Positions 25,001 to 39,314 of a stretch of 64,000 nt of DNA are shown in pieces. The notes beneath the pieces were generated by a model. The model saw only the letters and a program-made list of their open reading frames with translations, was not told the DNA's origin and did not search any database. The translations under genes were made by a program, and so were the position numbers. The DNA is from Octopus sinensis. Lineage: Eukaryota. Each line of letters begins with the position of its first letter. Position 1 is the stretch's first letter. The stretch lies in contig NC_043000.1 of assembly GCF_006345805.1 (NCBI RefSeq), positions 59,768,001 to 59,832,000 of the forward strand, in the 5' to 3' direction.

Positions 25001-26581
25001 AGTATTGTGATGAACATTCACATGAACTGAGATACAAATGTAGATAGAATGATAGGGAAATAGCTGGATAGGAAATTATTAAATTAGGATTTTAAATTTC
25101 ATAACCAGAGTAAAATTTTAAAGTACATTTTAAAGCAGCATTTTTCCAACCTTTACTCTTGAGGGGCCCTTGAAATACAAACCGACTATCTAAATATGAA
25201 AAAATATTGATTGTTCTAAAAAGTTGTAAAATAAAGAAAATATCATATAAAAGAAATGGATATTTCATTTCATTATGCAAGAACAAGACCAATTTAAAAA
25301 AAAAGTTTTGTTTAAAGGAGGAATAGTATAATCATAATATCATTCTGCTTGTTACAATAATTTTCTTTATCATGATTTTATGAGAGTTGAAAGTATTAAA
25401 GTTTTTCACATTATAAGTTCACAAATATTTTATGCAGTATAAAAAGAAAGAAAAATCTATAAATTTACTTTACCATTACAACTGGTATCATTAACAAATC
25501 CTCCTTAAATCCAATGTAAAAATGCTACAATGTAACCTCAAAGTAGAAAAACAAACAAGCTAATTTTATCTAACAGGATGTGTTCACTTTTTTTTTTTTT
25601 TGGATGTCTGACATACTTTATCCAAGATATTTTCAAGTGAGAAAAATATGAATAACATGTTTTAAAATATGGTAATTATTTCTTTTTAGGAAAACTTTGT
25701 CTAGAATGACATTTGAAAATCTTTGCTAATTTAATATATATGTATTATTATATATTATTATATACTTTTCATTTATATCATAAGTTGTCACTAAGTGCTT
25801 CTTCTGTCAAAAAGTGACAAGGTAATCAACATGCAGGGGAGGGTATCATTTCTTTGAAGATAATATAAACCCTATAAGTTACAGAAGATTCTTTTGTAAG
25901 ACCTAACATAGTTGGACTACAGCTAGTATCTTTCTTCAATCATTTTTGCTGTTACAGCCTAAATATCTATAAGCTCTAGTACTTATTATGCATTAGAATT
26001 GAAGCAGTTGACATTCATGAGTCCATAAGTGATTCTGTCTGAGAGAAAGCATATGTCTGGATGCAAACAATGTTATTGTGGTAGAGCTATCATAACCATT
26101 AACAACACCACACATTATATTCACTTTTACAAGCAAGGTCATTTGAACATCATACAAAGTGCCCAGTGATATTTTCCCCCAGCTCTTCCCGTTCTGAATT
26201 CAAATTCTGCCATGTTCAACTTAACTTTTCTCATTCCAGGATTGATAAAAGTAAACATCAGTCAAGTACTGGAGTCAGTCGAATGGACTAGCCACTTCTC
26301 ATTAAAATTTGTGGCCTTGCATAGATGCTTGAAACTACAATAGCAGCAGCAGAATAATAATCCTTTCTAATATAGACAAAAGGCCTAAAATTCTGGGGGA
26401 GGGGGCAAGTCAGGTACCTTGACCCCATTGATCAACTGATATATATATTTCATTGACCCAGAAAGGATGAAAGGCAAAGTCAACCATTGCAGAATTTTGA
26501 ACTCAGATGGATGAAATAGAGTGCATGCAAAACAATGAGAATCCAAACAATAATCTGTTTGTTTATGATATGTTTTGGCAG

Positions 26582-26707
26582 ATTCAAACTTGAATATCTG
26601 AACACTGTTGTTTTATGCCGCCAGAAAATGTATGGCCATAGAGTAGCCTTGACTGAAAAAATATACAAGATTGAAACACCACAGTATCTTGAAATCTCTT
26701 TACACTG
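26582..26707 (+). CDS. Candidate internal coding exon, 126 nt, phase 2-2, unidentified protein
   Basis: gatatgttttggcag|A TTC AAA..TTA CAC TG|gtaaac. Open: FKLEYLNTVVLCRQKMYGHRVALTEKIYKIETPQYLEISLH, with an in-frame TAA right after the donor. Not recognised as any family. Confidence 0.3.
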
Positions 26708-27914
26708 GTAAACTAGTGAATCATGTGTGTCATGACCACACATCTCCTAAAGAAAGGAGACATTCTTTGGTGGTGTAAAAGAAAAGAAATCAGATATTCA
26801 TATTTTAATCTGTCAGATTGTATTGAGATTGAATAGATATTTTATTGCTTGTATTCTCACTGTTCTGCATGCATCTTATGAATTATTGTCTGTTTGACAG
26901 ACACCTGAATCAATAGCAAATAGTTTGCTGATTCTTATAAACAATAGTTTGTGAGTTTCATAGGCCCAGCCATGGAGTAGCTTCAACTGAGGAGACATAC
27001 ATTGAGGTTGAAACACTGTGGTGTCTCAAAGCACTCTTGCACCAGTGAACTAGTTAATTACATAGCCTAAGTGAAGGAGGTGTTGTCTGATAGTGAAAAA
27101 CAACAACATTTAGACTAGGGATGGAGAAACTTTTTAATGAGGTGAGCAAAAATTTCCAAAGAAAAAGGTCCGCAGGCAGATCACAAGTTCTGACTCTTGT
27201 ATCTGTGTAAATCTTGTATATATGTATGTATGTATAATTTGACATACATTAATAAATATACATTTAACACATTAGATTAATGCATAGCATCTTCATTAAC
27301 ACTGCCACTGAATTTAGGACATTTATATTACTTATAAGGTATTCTATATTTTTCGAAATGTACCTATCCTAATGTTGGAGAAATCATAACAATCAAGCAC
27401 AGACGGAATTTAATTTTGAAAAATTATACTAATACCTAAATAGAATTATATGTAAATGACATATTTAAACAAATTTACCCTAGTGATAGTTTTATCAAAG
27501 CTAATTAACCTTAACTTTAAAGATTTCCGGACAATAGACATGAGTTAAATAATAAAATAAGAACTAATAAATAAAGAAGAAAAAAATATATAGTGCATGT
27601 ATCTATTTGGCAGAAAAAAAAAAAATAAAATGACCATACACGATTTCACATCAGGAATATTGCAAAAGGAATTGATAAATGTAATTGATAATATAGTTCT
27701 GTGTATTATGCCTAAATGTATGATGGGACAGTCATTTCTGGAATGCTTTTGCCTGTAAGTCTGCTTTTTCAGGAATGATCTGAAGCTAAATAAAAGCATG
27801 CATATGCATACATGCACTTACTATATATATATATATATATATCACATTTATCATATATATATATATATATATAGTGTGTGTGTGTGCGTGCATGAGAGAG
27901 AGAGAGAGAGAGAT

Positions 27915-28045
27915 ATGAATGGATGCAAGCACAGCTGAGTGGTTAAAAAGTCTAATCATGAGGGTCCAGGATTTGATCCCAGTATATGGGATCTTGCACA
28001 AGTGTCTTGTGAAATTTAGGTTGATGGAAACTTCAGAAGCCTATA
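27915..28045 (+). mobile_element. Degenerate, internally deleted tRNA-derived SINE
   Basis: cagctgagtggttaaaaag..ggatttgatcccagta..caagtgtctt..gatggaaacttcagaagcc. Confidence 0.7.
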
Positions 28046-31000
28046 AGACGGACTTTAATTGACAATAATTGAAATTTCCTGAGAATTATGTTAAGGGTAC
28101 AAGTGTACAGAGACAATTTAGTCACACTTTATAATCATAAGCACTTGTAGGTAGTTTAGTTGATTGAGAACTGGAATATTCATCATTAAAACCAATGGAA
28201 ATTCATTTACATTTTACTTTTATCAGAGAGAGAAAGCATTTTTCTTTCATGTTCGCTTAGGTTTTTCTATATTTACTCTATTTTTCAGACGGATGCTTTA
28301 TCTATTTTTATGTGATAAGATTTCCTGGCCAAATTTTATCAATGGTTTGAAAGTTACCTAATATCATCAAATTACAACAGGACCTCAAATCATGTTAAAC
28401 AATCATTATGCAGCTGCATACTTCAGAAGATATTACTTGAATTTGATGTGCATATCAACCTATGTATATATAAACTCCAAAGAGCAACAAGAAATCTAAT
28501 AATAAAATAAGAGGGTTAAAACTACAATATTGGCTATGATTTTATATCACTTGTGCTCTTAAAATACTTTGGAATGGAACAATTTTGAATACAAAAACTA
28601 AAGCTAGCACAATTTTTTTTTAATTATAAATGACTCATGATTAATTTGAATATTAAAAGACAGTTAACATTTCTGAAAAATTTTTATCATTGTCATTTTG
28701 TTCACCAGCAAGAAACATCTTTACCATCAACAAGCCAACTTTGCTATAACTACATCTTCAAAAAATAATTGCAGTCTTTCCTTCATGAAAACAATAAGCA
28801 TAAGTTAACATAGGGACTTCTACATAGTCAACTAACTTCCTTATCTGTGAGAAATAGCAACCTCTATGTTAGTGATTCTCAACTATTCGGGCCTCAGTAT
28901 CCCTGTCATCAAACGGCATTTTATAAATACCTCCTCCTTATATTTAACTTCACTTTCTCCACCCTGTCAAAAAGAAGGCAGAATATTTTAATAAAAAAAA
29001 AAAAATTTTGAATAGTGGTTTATAATCCATATTTTCTCAAATAATCCTGTCCAGTATATACCTCTTTGCAGATAATGCATTGAATAGTGTCTCTGTGTTA
29101 AATTCTTATGTAAATTACTAAAGAAGGCAAAAACTTATATAATGAAATTATACTTGATCTTGATGCATCATCAGTCATATTTCTACTTATTGTCCTACTC
29201 ATATTCTAATTTCAACATTTTTTTTTCAAAATGTGTTTGAAACTTAAGTATTGTTCCTGGTTTAAATATTTTTATTCTAAAAAAATCACAACCTCTGTAT
29301 ATACAAAATGTCTCCTTGATATTTGCTCTCCTATGTATGCTCACAATTCTCATAAAGGGGCACTGCCATCCATGTTAAGAACTGCTGTTATAAATGGTCA
29401 CTTGCCTAATAAATATAACATCCTAATCTCCCTCGAATCACATTCTATTGTCTTAAAAATAAAAGAAGACATCTCAGATAATGTAGTTTCTGAGACACTA
29501 CTACGGCTTAAACAAAGGTGGCAAGGTGATGGCTGGAATGCCTTTCATCAAAGGTTTATTAAATCACAGTAGCCCTGGGATTACACAAGACCCACCTCTT
29601 CTAAAACTCCTGTAAAACTCCATCTTTCTCTAAAATAACTATGGTAGCTACTGTTATATTTCCAAATAGAGTTTGATTGTGTGGTCATTAGAAACACTAA
29701 GGAAAACAAATGAGGAAATAACCCAGTTTTTAATATATTTTAAGCAACATTACAACTTATAGTCTTAAGATGTAATAAATACAACATACAAAATCAAGAG
29801 GTATGTTGGTACCATAAGATCTTTATTTTGACTAGTACAGAATAGGAAAGGAAGTTGTTTGCAATAAGATGACAAGAGTTTGAAAAGAAGAAGTATAAAT
29901 TACATTCTTTAAAGCAAAGAAGTTAAACCAGTGAAAATGTAAAGAAATGTGTCGTAAACTTGAGCTATGAAGATAATTACTTCATACATCTAGTTTGTAA
30001 TCAAACTAAAGATTATCCATTATGGAAATAGCCACTCTGTGCAGGTTCTGGAAATATTGTCCACAATAGACTAGTGTCTTGACCAATGGAGATTTATAAT
30101 ATTCATTTACTTCATACCATAAAACTAGACTTGAGGAATGGTTTTCAAAGACATTCTACAACTTGTGAAAATAAGAAACATCTATTTATTTAAATTAAGA
30201 TTTGTATCAAGTTAATCCTTTTCGAGTTTACTACTAGGCTAGAAGCTCAATATTTTAATATAGTTTTGACACATTGAGACTATGTCAACAATGGGAAAGA
30301 TTTCTTTCAAATATCAAAAGATACATAAGAACTAAGAACTAGATAACATTCACCAATACTTCAATAATATATAATATATTATGATCCACAATATATATAT
30401 CAAACCAGATCATACTTTATCACAAACAAATAATTATTGCCCAACCCATGCCAGCATAGACAACGGGTGTTAAATGATGATGATGATGCTAGTGAAATAA
30501 CAAAATGTAAAACCAAGCTCTCTTCCTCATAAGATGCTGAACACACACACTCTACATCTGTAGATCATAGATCTAGAGGGACAAAAATACTTCAATTCAA
30601 AGACTACTTAGACAGGAAGTGTATCAGCTACTGTCATACACCAATCAAATTCATGTGGCCCTTGCAAAAGTAGGTCTTGCCAATGATAAACTCATTGCAT
30701 CAACTATTGTCATATGGTAGCTTAGCAACCTCATCTCCTTCAAGAAGATCAAGTTACAGTCACATCATATATGAAAGAAACAATCCTACACTTCCCTAAC
30801 CATGAACAATATGTAACCAGAATCATTAAACTTTCTACAAATGTTAGTTTTCACAATTTCTAACAAGCTTTCACTGCCAAAACTGCATTACAAGAGACAC
30901 TCTATATCAGCCCAGAACAGTTACTGATCTTTATATAAAGTATGAGTGCAAATTATGCTACACAGTACTGATTACAAATCAACACATACATACATATCCT

Positions 31001-32125
31001 AAACTGCATCCATCCAGAAAAAGACCATCCAGTTGATTGTCAAAGATTTACTCACCTCACATAACATATCCAAGTTCAAGCTGCATTCCATGCAATCCAA
31101 AACAATATGACAGACTGCACAGCCTGTTATTTCAAACTGAGTTGAACTTACCTTCCAATCAAAAACTACTGAAATTTACTTGTAGCTGGTTGAGTCATGT
31201 TTAAATAAAGGATATATTTGTCGTATGCTGTTGTTAATTCTTTCTTAACCAAGCAACATGCAGAGAGTTTTTGCAAAATTAAAAGTTTATTTTCTGTTTC
31301 TTACTCTCTGGGATATACAGAAACAAATTTCACTAATAATCTCCTTGTAGTTACAAAAACACAACAAACTGAAAACTTATAGAAACAATTTTAATCCTTG
31401 ATAGCTTGTTAGTAAGTCAGAGGAATAAACAGGGTATCTATAACTGCAAAAGAAGCTAAGCTAACCTAAATACTGAGAATGACAAGTAAACAGACACAGG
31501 TCATCAATTAACAGATTTAGAAATACAAGTGTAAAATGCTATAAACAACATCATCATACACACACATAAAAAGGGATAAATTTCAAAATAAAGATTACAG
31601 AAACAAAATAAAAGAACATAGTTAAAAGATGTTACAGGAAGCAGAAGTCATGAAAGCAATACTTCCTAAGTTACTTCCTTTTACAGACCAACCCAAATTT
31701 CACCAAGAATCTATCGGAATATCTTTTTTCTCATAAAGAGCTAATTCATATTTAGTATCTGGAGAAATATTATTTCATCTTTGAATGCATTTATAGGAAA
31801 AATTAGTAACTATCTTAATTACTGTTGAATTCTTCAAGTGATATCTACTTTGTCCCTATATGAGAAAATTGCCAAACAATATTACTTGACAGTGTATGCA
31901 TGCATGAGTATGTGCACACACACACACACTCTATTAATAATGGTTTCAAATTTTGGTACAAGTCCAATAGTTTTGAGGGAGAGAGTACTTGCTAATAATT
32001 CTGCCAGCTTGCCACCCTACACACTTTATTAGTAATATCAAAAATGTATTTCCCTTGTTTTACATGATTTCAATTTGCATGGAAAATTGTGGAACCAATC
32101 TACCATGTAAACCAAGTGACAATTG

Positions 32126-32265
32126 CATGCATGCATGTATGTATGTATATATGCATGCATGCATGCATGCATGCATGTATGTATGTATGTATGTATGTAT
32201 GTATGCATGCATGCATGCATGCATGTATGTATGTATGTATGATGTATGTATGCATGTATGTATGT
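32126..32265. repeat. Compound (GCAT)n/(GTAT)n microsatellite
   Basis: Alternating blocks of self-complementary GCAT and of GTAT units. Confidence 0.95.
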
Positions 32266-34669
32266 GTGGGGAGGGAATGCTAAAAGTCTACTTCTCAACC
32301 ACGTAGTTTTGTGTTCAGTCTCATTGTGAGGCATCTTGTGGGAAGATTTAAGAGATGGAACATAATTGTTTACAATTCATTCACTAGCTTTGTAATTTCA
32401 GTTTCCACTAAAATGGAAAAAATCACTACTTGAAAAGCAGGTAAAACATTCATGATTGGAAAAGTATCCAATTGTTTAAGCCAAAATGAATGAGTGATAT
32501 CTATTCAAACACTTCCAGACAAACTTATACCCCCCTCACCCCAGTAGGTATTGAACTAAAAAAAAATATAAGGTAAACAAATACTTGGTAAATAAGGGTT
32601 TCTTTTAGTATAAGGCTAAAAATTAGTAAGTAAGGAATGAAGTCAGTCAAATCAACTACTGTCTGCTACTGGTACATATATTAATGAGAAACAGAAGACA
32701 ATATCAAATGTATGTAACTAAATACTGCAAAAGACATTAAGTCTGACATTATGTTTTACCCCTCCAATAAATGATAATGTGACACCGTCCCTCAAAATCA
32801 GAAGAGAGGAAGAAATGAGAAAAATAGTAACATTGATGCTTTCCCCTAAAAGTATTATCTCAGAAAATAGGTCACTTTCTACATAGTTATGATAGAGATT
32901 GCAGCTTTGGTCTTCCAAGAAATTACAGTTGTTTGAAGGTAAAAGTCAAAGAACGGAAACAGATAAATGAAGAATATTATAGATAGAAACTAGAGTAACA
33001 CACATTTTCATCCGCAATCTAACCATCTTTTACAGCTAACCTTGCAAAAGATAAACCATTCTATTATGTGTACCATGTACAGTTTGTGATTTGGGTTCAA
33101 TATCCAGCTGTAGCTATTTAAATTAATAAAACTAATACCCTGTTAAATTTGCTGACTATGAATATTTATTGCACTAGTGCATGGGATAAATAGGTATTTA
33201 ACCAGTCTGTATAATAATTTTTATGCTAGGAACAAATCCAAATTGGATTGTATCCAACACTAACTTCCTAATATCCCTATCATCTCCTTAACTTATATTC
33301 AGTTAATATTTTTGTAATCTCCAGGCAAACTACCATACCAATTATAGCTTCTTCTCTTAGTAACAGATGACAGACTTTGTAAATCAGTAATTCAAGATAA
33401 CAGATTTCTGTACAATCAGGTGTGAAAACAACCCATAATAATTTCTGCATCACAGTTACTCTTCATGTCCTTAATTACTCAACAGTCTCTTATATGATCT
33501 CTCCAAAGGTTCTTTCTCTTTCTCTTTCTCTAGCATGCCCACTTCTTAAATCATCTTTGTTTAACAACTAAAGTTTGAAACAATAATTTATTTTAACTAA
33601 CCTATTCACAGAGCAAAAGACAAAATTATTACTTCATTATAAGTTGAGAAACTGTAGTGGTTAAAGGGTAATTGAATAGTTTACATCTTGTTAATGGTCA
33701 GAGGTTTCTTTTGTCCAAAGCACAATCATTTTATACATGATACATCTGTCAGTTGAATGGTTAAGACAAAAGGGGAAAGTTACATGAGAGTTGGTGCAAC
33801 ATTAAATAAATTGGAAATCGTTGTTGTTTAGTTGATTTGCTGTGATAAAACTGAATCTTTCCACAAGAGAAAAAAACAGATGAATGATTAATAACGCATC
33901 CTATTAAATGAAATTACAGCTTTGCTAATATATTCAATGGTTATTGCTTATTATATTTGTAATGGATGATGAGTGAGAGAGTTTAGTTATGTACTATGTA
34001 TAAAAAAGTACTATGTGAAACTTGTGAAACTATAATGCTGTAAAGAACATTATTTCATCAATATCCAAATAGGCCCATGGTACCAAGTTAGCTGAAGAAA
34101 ATGAAAATTCTTTCTTTCTTTTTTTTTTTTTTTGTCATGAGTATCTTATCCTAAGGTTTAGAACTTAAAATATGCAGGCATCATTTAAAAAAAAAACCTA
34201 AGAGAATTTGGTAAAATTGATTTGGTGCTACATTACGCAAGTCAAGTGATTAGATAAAAGGTCCCTTGAATTGCATTTTTCATTAATTACTTTGTCTGCA
34301 ACTTCTTTCTCTAACTGATGCTATCTCACAATGATATTAAATCAGTTTATATCATGGAAAGTTGAATCTTCTCAGCTGATAACTTCTAATACATCAATGC
34401 AACAATGAAAAGCAGAATTGTGCTTTTCATTAAATAATATATAAATTACATACATTGTGTGTATGTGTGTATTTGCACACATGCATGTACGTGTGCAATG
34501 TAAAAGCACTGGTGAAAAGAAATATTGATTTTCATCTTCAAGCATACTGATATAATAATGACTTAAAATTTCTATATGAAGTAAAATTTTCAACTAAAGC
34601 ACCCATTTTAGCTCTGATTCAGTTCAATAGTAAGTTGTTTCTTATAACTTATTTTAAATTTAATTTGTT

Positions 34670-35030
34670 TCTTTAGAGAGGATGTGCAGAGATGGAAGAT
34701 GACAAGCAGAGGAAGATAAAGATTTTTTAAAAAAAATGAAAGTAATAGAAGTTAGCTGAGGAAAATAAACATTGAATCTAAAAAGGAGGCGGGGAGTGAG
34801 AGCGTGAGAGAGAGAGACTGAGAAGGAGAGACTCATAAAGAATAGATTGGCTAATGAGTACTGAAGTTGAATATAAAAAGACAAATGCAAGAAAATGAGG
34901 GGACAGGAGAGAGAGAGAATTGGATATAAAAAGAAGCAGAAAAGTGATAGAACATGTAAGAGAGAGGGAGAAGAAAGTGCATGTGAGGATAGGGTGGAGG
35001 ATAAAGGGGAGAAGGGGAGGGAGAGAGACA
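34670..35030 (+). repeat. Purine-rich (GA/A-rich) low-complexity tract
   Basis: Strong purine strand bias; source of the Leu/Ser-rich antisense ORFs 34660-35077. Confidence 0.8.
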
Positions 35031-36051
35031 GAAGAATTCTTACTTTCAAATCGAAATTCAAGGAAATATGAATTCAATTATTTAAGCTTGCAACTCAGAA
35101 ACTGAGTCCAAGAGAATAGAAAAATATCAATTATAGTGAATTACCTCAATATTGTTAATGAGCAATTGACATTAACCTTGCAGAAATTTCTTCATCTGTA
35201 TCTCTTTCCCACAGACGTTTTTATTCCTGCACAACAGTATGCACATGCACATTTCGACATTAGTGCATTGCAGATAACTAGATCTCTTGGCTCAAATTAA
35301 AATAACAGTTGTTTATGTCTAAGATTTGTTCACTCAGTTCACCTCATAGTAAAATGCAGATAGTAACACTCTAGCAGCAAAAAAAAAAAAAAAATCCTAC
35401 ATGGTTGAGCAAACCTGTAAGAAATAGCAATTCCTTCAAATTACACTTCTATGTCTTAGAAAAAAAATGGAAGAACACTTTGAATTATATAGTATGAGAG
35501 ATCCTATGGGTTTTTAAAAAAAATGACCACTGCTGCTAAGCCTTTGGTCGAAGGTCTTTGCAATGAGGACTAATCTAGAGGTCAACAACTATATACATGT
35601 AGTACAGGTTCATGCCTGGCTAGCTCCTGTCAAACCATCCAACCCATGCCAGAATGGAGGGCAGACGTAAAATGATGATGATGATGATAGTGATGATAGT
35701 AACACAGCACCTTTTAATTAGGTAGTATTTAATTAATTAGCAAATAATTATTATTTAGACCATATGTTTTTAACCACTGTGTCCAGGTATATTTGTGTAC
35801 TACATATGGCCTACAAGTATGCTTGTAAATTTATGAGGAAAATCCAAAAATGTCAAAACATTTAGAAAATTCAACTGTCTGTAATGCTCTATGCTGGTGC
35901 ATGTGTAATAATTTGCAATGTATGTAACAATCTCTGTTTTAAAATTATTGTTTATATATAAAACCATTAATGAATGTCATAATCTGTTTAGCGCCTTATT
36001 CACAATAACTTACAAAAAGTTGGGGAAAACAGTTTTGTGTGAGTGTGAGTG

Positions 36052-36052
36052 T

Positions 36053-36103
<51 letters not shown>
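36052..36103. repeat. (GA)n microsatellite
   Basis: GA run preceded by GT/GA units. Confidence 0.95.
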
Positions 36104-36105
<2 letters not shown>

Positions 36106-37496
36106 ATGCGTGCATGTTTTTTTTGTTATTGATTGACAATATTTTTCCTTCCAGATGTGAAATACTGGTCAGAATGATTTTTTGTTCAGCTTAAATTTCA
36201 AAGACACCAGAGTTGAAAGGGAAAAATTTACCTATGGCCTTTTGTTCTTGTCTCCCTTTCTCTGACTATCACACCTTAGCAGGAGAGAAAAACAGCACAC
36301 ATATACATGTGCACAACAAAGTTTATTACAAATGATTGATATCACAGACCTTGTTAATTTGCAGAAAACTAGGGCAGTGAACTGACAGAATCATTAGAGC
36401 ATGAGATAAAGTACCATCTATCTCTTTACATTCAGAGTTTATATTCCACCTTTGGCTTTCATCCTTCTATAACGGAAGCAGGGTAGAATAGATAAAATAA
36501 AGTACTAGTCTTGGTTGGTGGATTGGCACAATTAGTAGAACATCAGAGAGTATGGCTTATGATATTTAGTCCTTCTGAACTCAATTAAATAAAGTATCAG
36601 GCAAAGTTCTGGGGTACCATCCTCTCTACTCAAGCCTTTAAAACAAGAGTAAAGGCATGATGTATACTGGATCCAAGTCATAATGATTGCAAATGACTGC
36701 CAAGTGACAAGGTATAAAAGATAGACAGCACAAGTATTATTATTATAGTTAGATATCATACAGAATTGATATCTTTATAAAGGTTAATACTTAACTTTTA
36801 AACAATGATATAAGGATATTTTCCTGTATACTGGTGAAGATGAAGGTTTCGTTTTGATGAGGTAACCATATTTAAGCAACACATAATTAGAGCTGAAGGT
36901 ACACTGAAAAGAAGTTGTTGCTTTTTCCAAGGACACAGATAACTACATGGATTGACAACATCAAAAAGTGGATTAGCCTTACCCCTAGAGATGTAAGATG
37001 TTTAAATGCCAATAGAATCGCAATGGAAGAAAGTAGTTGCTATAGTTCTGACACTGAGTTTGGCATGTGATGATGAATTAGAGTCAACAAAGTAACTGCT
37101 ATAAGGTTCCTCACCCAACTAGAAATAGCACCAAAATCTCCCTTAAATTATGTCCTACTTTTTTGTAGGAGAGATATATTATATGATGATGTAGCCCTAG
37201 ATAGGAAAATCTTGAGAGAAAAAGATGATCGTGGTTAAAATTCCTTTGATCATAGGTTGACTTATTGAAGGCATATTAGTTACTTTTTTTACTAGTTCCA
37301 GCTCAAGGGCAGTGGCCATGCTGGGGCATTGTCATCAAATTAGTTTAGAAATAATCTTTCTAATTTGATATGGTATCTTAACAATTTTTAAGTCATCTGG
37401 TGTTAGTTCCAAAAATTAATATGAGAAATTTAGTCATCATCATGTTTATAAAAATTAATAGAAAATTAACACACACACACACACACACACACACAT

Positions 37497-37698
37497 ATCA
37501 GTCGCCATGATAGATCGGTAGCCCTACACACATTTTTTTCTCTCCTTTTTTTTTTTTTTTTTCTCTGTGTCCCTTTCTGTAGAAGAGCGTAGGCTCGAAA
37601 CGTAAAAAACTTTTTCTATTCCTGAGCGTTATACTAATACATCTGTTTGTTTTGTACACCGCCTGTCTTCGTCCTTTGTTTCTTTTTGTGAACTCTCC
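37497..37698 (+). mobile_element. Penelope-like element terminal repeat fragment between (CA)n and (TA)n
   Basis: Contains gaagagcgtaggctcgaaacgt followed by a T-rich tail, the GAAACG-type 3' motif typical of Penelope-like elements. CpGs retained, suggesting a young copy. Confidence 0.6.
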
Positions 37699-39314
37699 TA
37701 TATATATATATATATATATATAAAGGTTAACTTTTATATATGCATATACACATAAAGGTTAACCTGTGTGTGCATGTGTGTGTGTGTTTGTGTGTGATCA
37801 TCTAAACTTCTCAGTCTCCCATGCCTTATAAACATAATAACAACATTGAATAAAATCAGTTGTCCTCCTTCAATGAATTACAACAAAACTGTACTCTGCT
37901 ACTTGTGTGCACAGCACTGCTGGAGATGGACAGTCATTTATTAATTAAGCATGGTTACACTTTACTGAGGATTAACATCACGGAATTCTGTTGTTAAAAC
38001 AAGCAGGATAGGATGCTGGCCAGTGAGAACAATGCAGATCTATAGACAACTGCAGTATATATCATATTCCACCTACGGCCTATACCATATTTTAACTTGA
38101 TTGATTGAGGTCATTCTATTTCCATCCATGATTGATGCATTAAATATTTTTAGCATGCAAGTAATTGCAGTTAATGGTTGACAAGATAAATATATAATAT
38201 TACCAGTAAATAAAAGACAAAGGAGTATTTATAGAATATTCCTACCTAGTATGAAAAGTACAACTTATCGTATTACCAGTCCATGATGGTGGACTGCAGA
38301 ATTATCAAGCATTGGATAGGATGTCTCGTAATACAGCTCTGTGACATCTAAGTTCAGAATCGTGCCTAGAGACTATTATAAATCTCTTCCAGGTGGACTA
38401 AAAGCCCTAAAAAAAATGTACTGAACTCAAACATGCTTACATCTTTATTGAGGAGGGACAATCTAAAGGTATAAAGTACTCAATAGGCAGTGGTAGCAGC
38501 TATTGGAGGAGAAAAAGAGTTAAAATAAAACAGTCACTTTTATCTTAAACAAAATGAGAGTTTTAAGAAATATGATTTTTAAAAAAGTGTTTATGAAAAA
38601 GAAATATAATATAGAAACTACATAGAGGGCTTTGTGTATCACAAATGACTAACTTGCAAACAATGCTATATTTTCTAAAATATAACTTTTATAAACTCTC
38701 CCCACACTCTTAGGAGTACCCATATCTTCTCTTCTTTCACCTCCCGAGTTCCGTTTTCCATACAGTATGTGCGATTCTTTGTTTACTCATCTATGGTACA
38801 CTATGTACTTTCTTATAATATATTTTAATTAATGTGTTATACAGTGCAGTACTGTATTTTTATTTGTTAATTTTTAGATGTGAAAATGTTCATTTTATCA
38901 CAGAAATAATTAAAATCGGAAAAAATATAAATACCTATTGACGGCAATATACTGAGAAGTACACGATATAAATTTCCATATATTAGCCAGAAAAATCCAT
39001 GAGGGTATGATATGTGAACCACGACATGGCAAGTGTTTCCTATATATTACATATGTCAGGCCCTATCATATTTTTATTTGGTATGCTAAGTGCTCTCTTA
39101 AATTATTTTCCTTCAACCATATTATCCAAGAGTAAACTATCTATCCTCAGCCCCTTATATATTGTCCACCATACAACCATTTTCACTATAACCACAGACA
39201 AAAGAAAACTGATTGCTCTTTGAAGTTAAAAGATGGCAGCTGAGTAATCCTTACGATGAAGTTGGCTGGTATCTGAATTTGTATTACATATGAGAGCAGC
39301 TAGTTGACATAATA

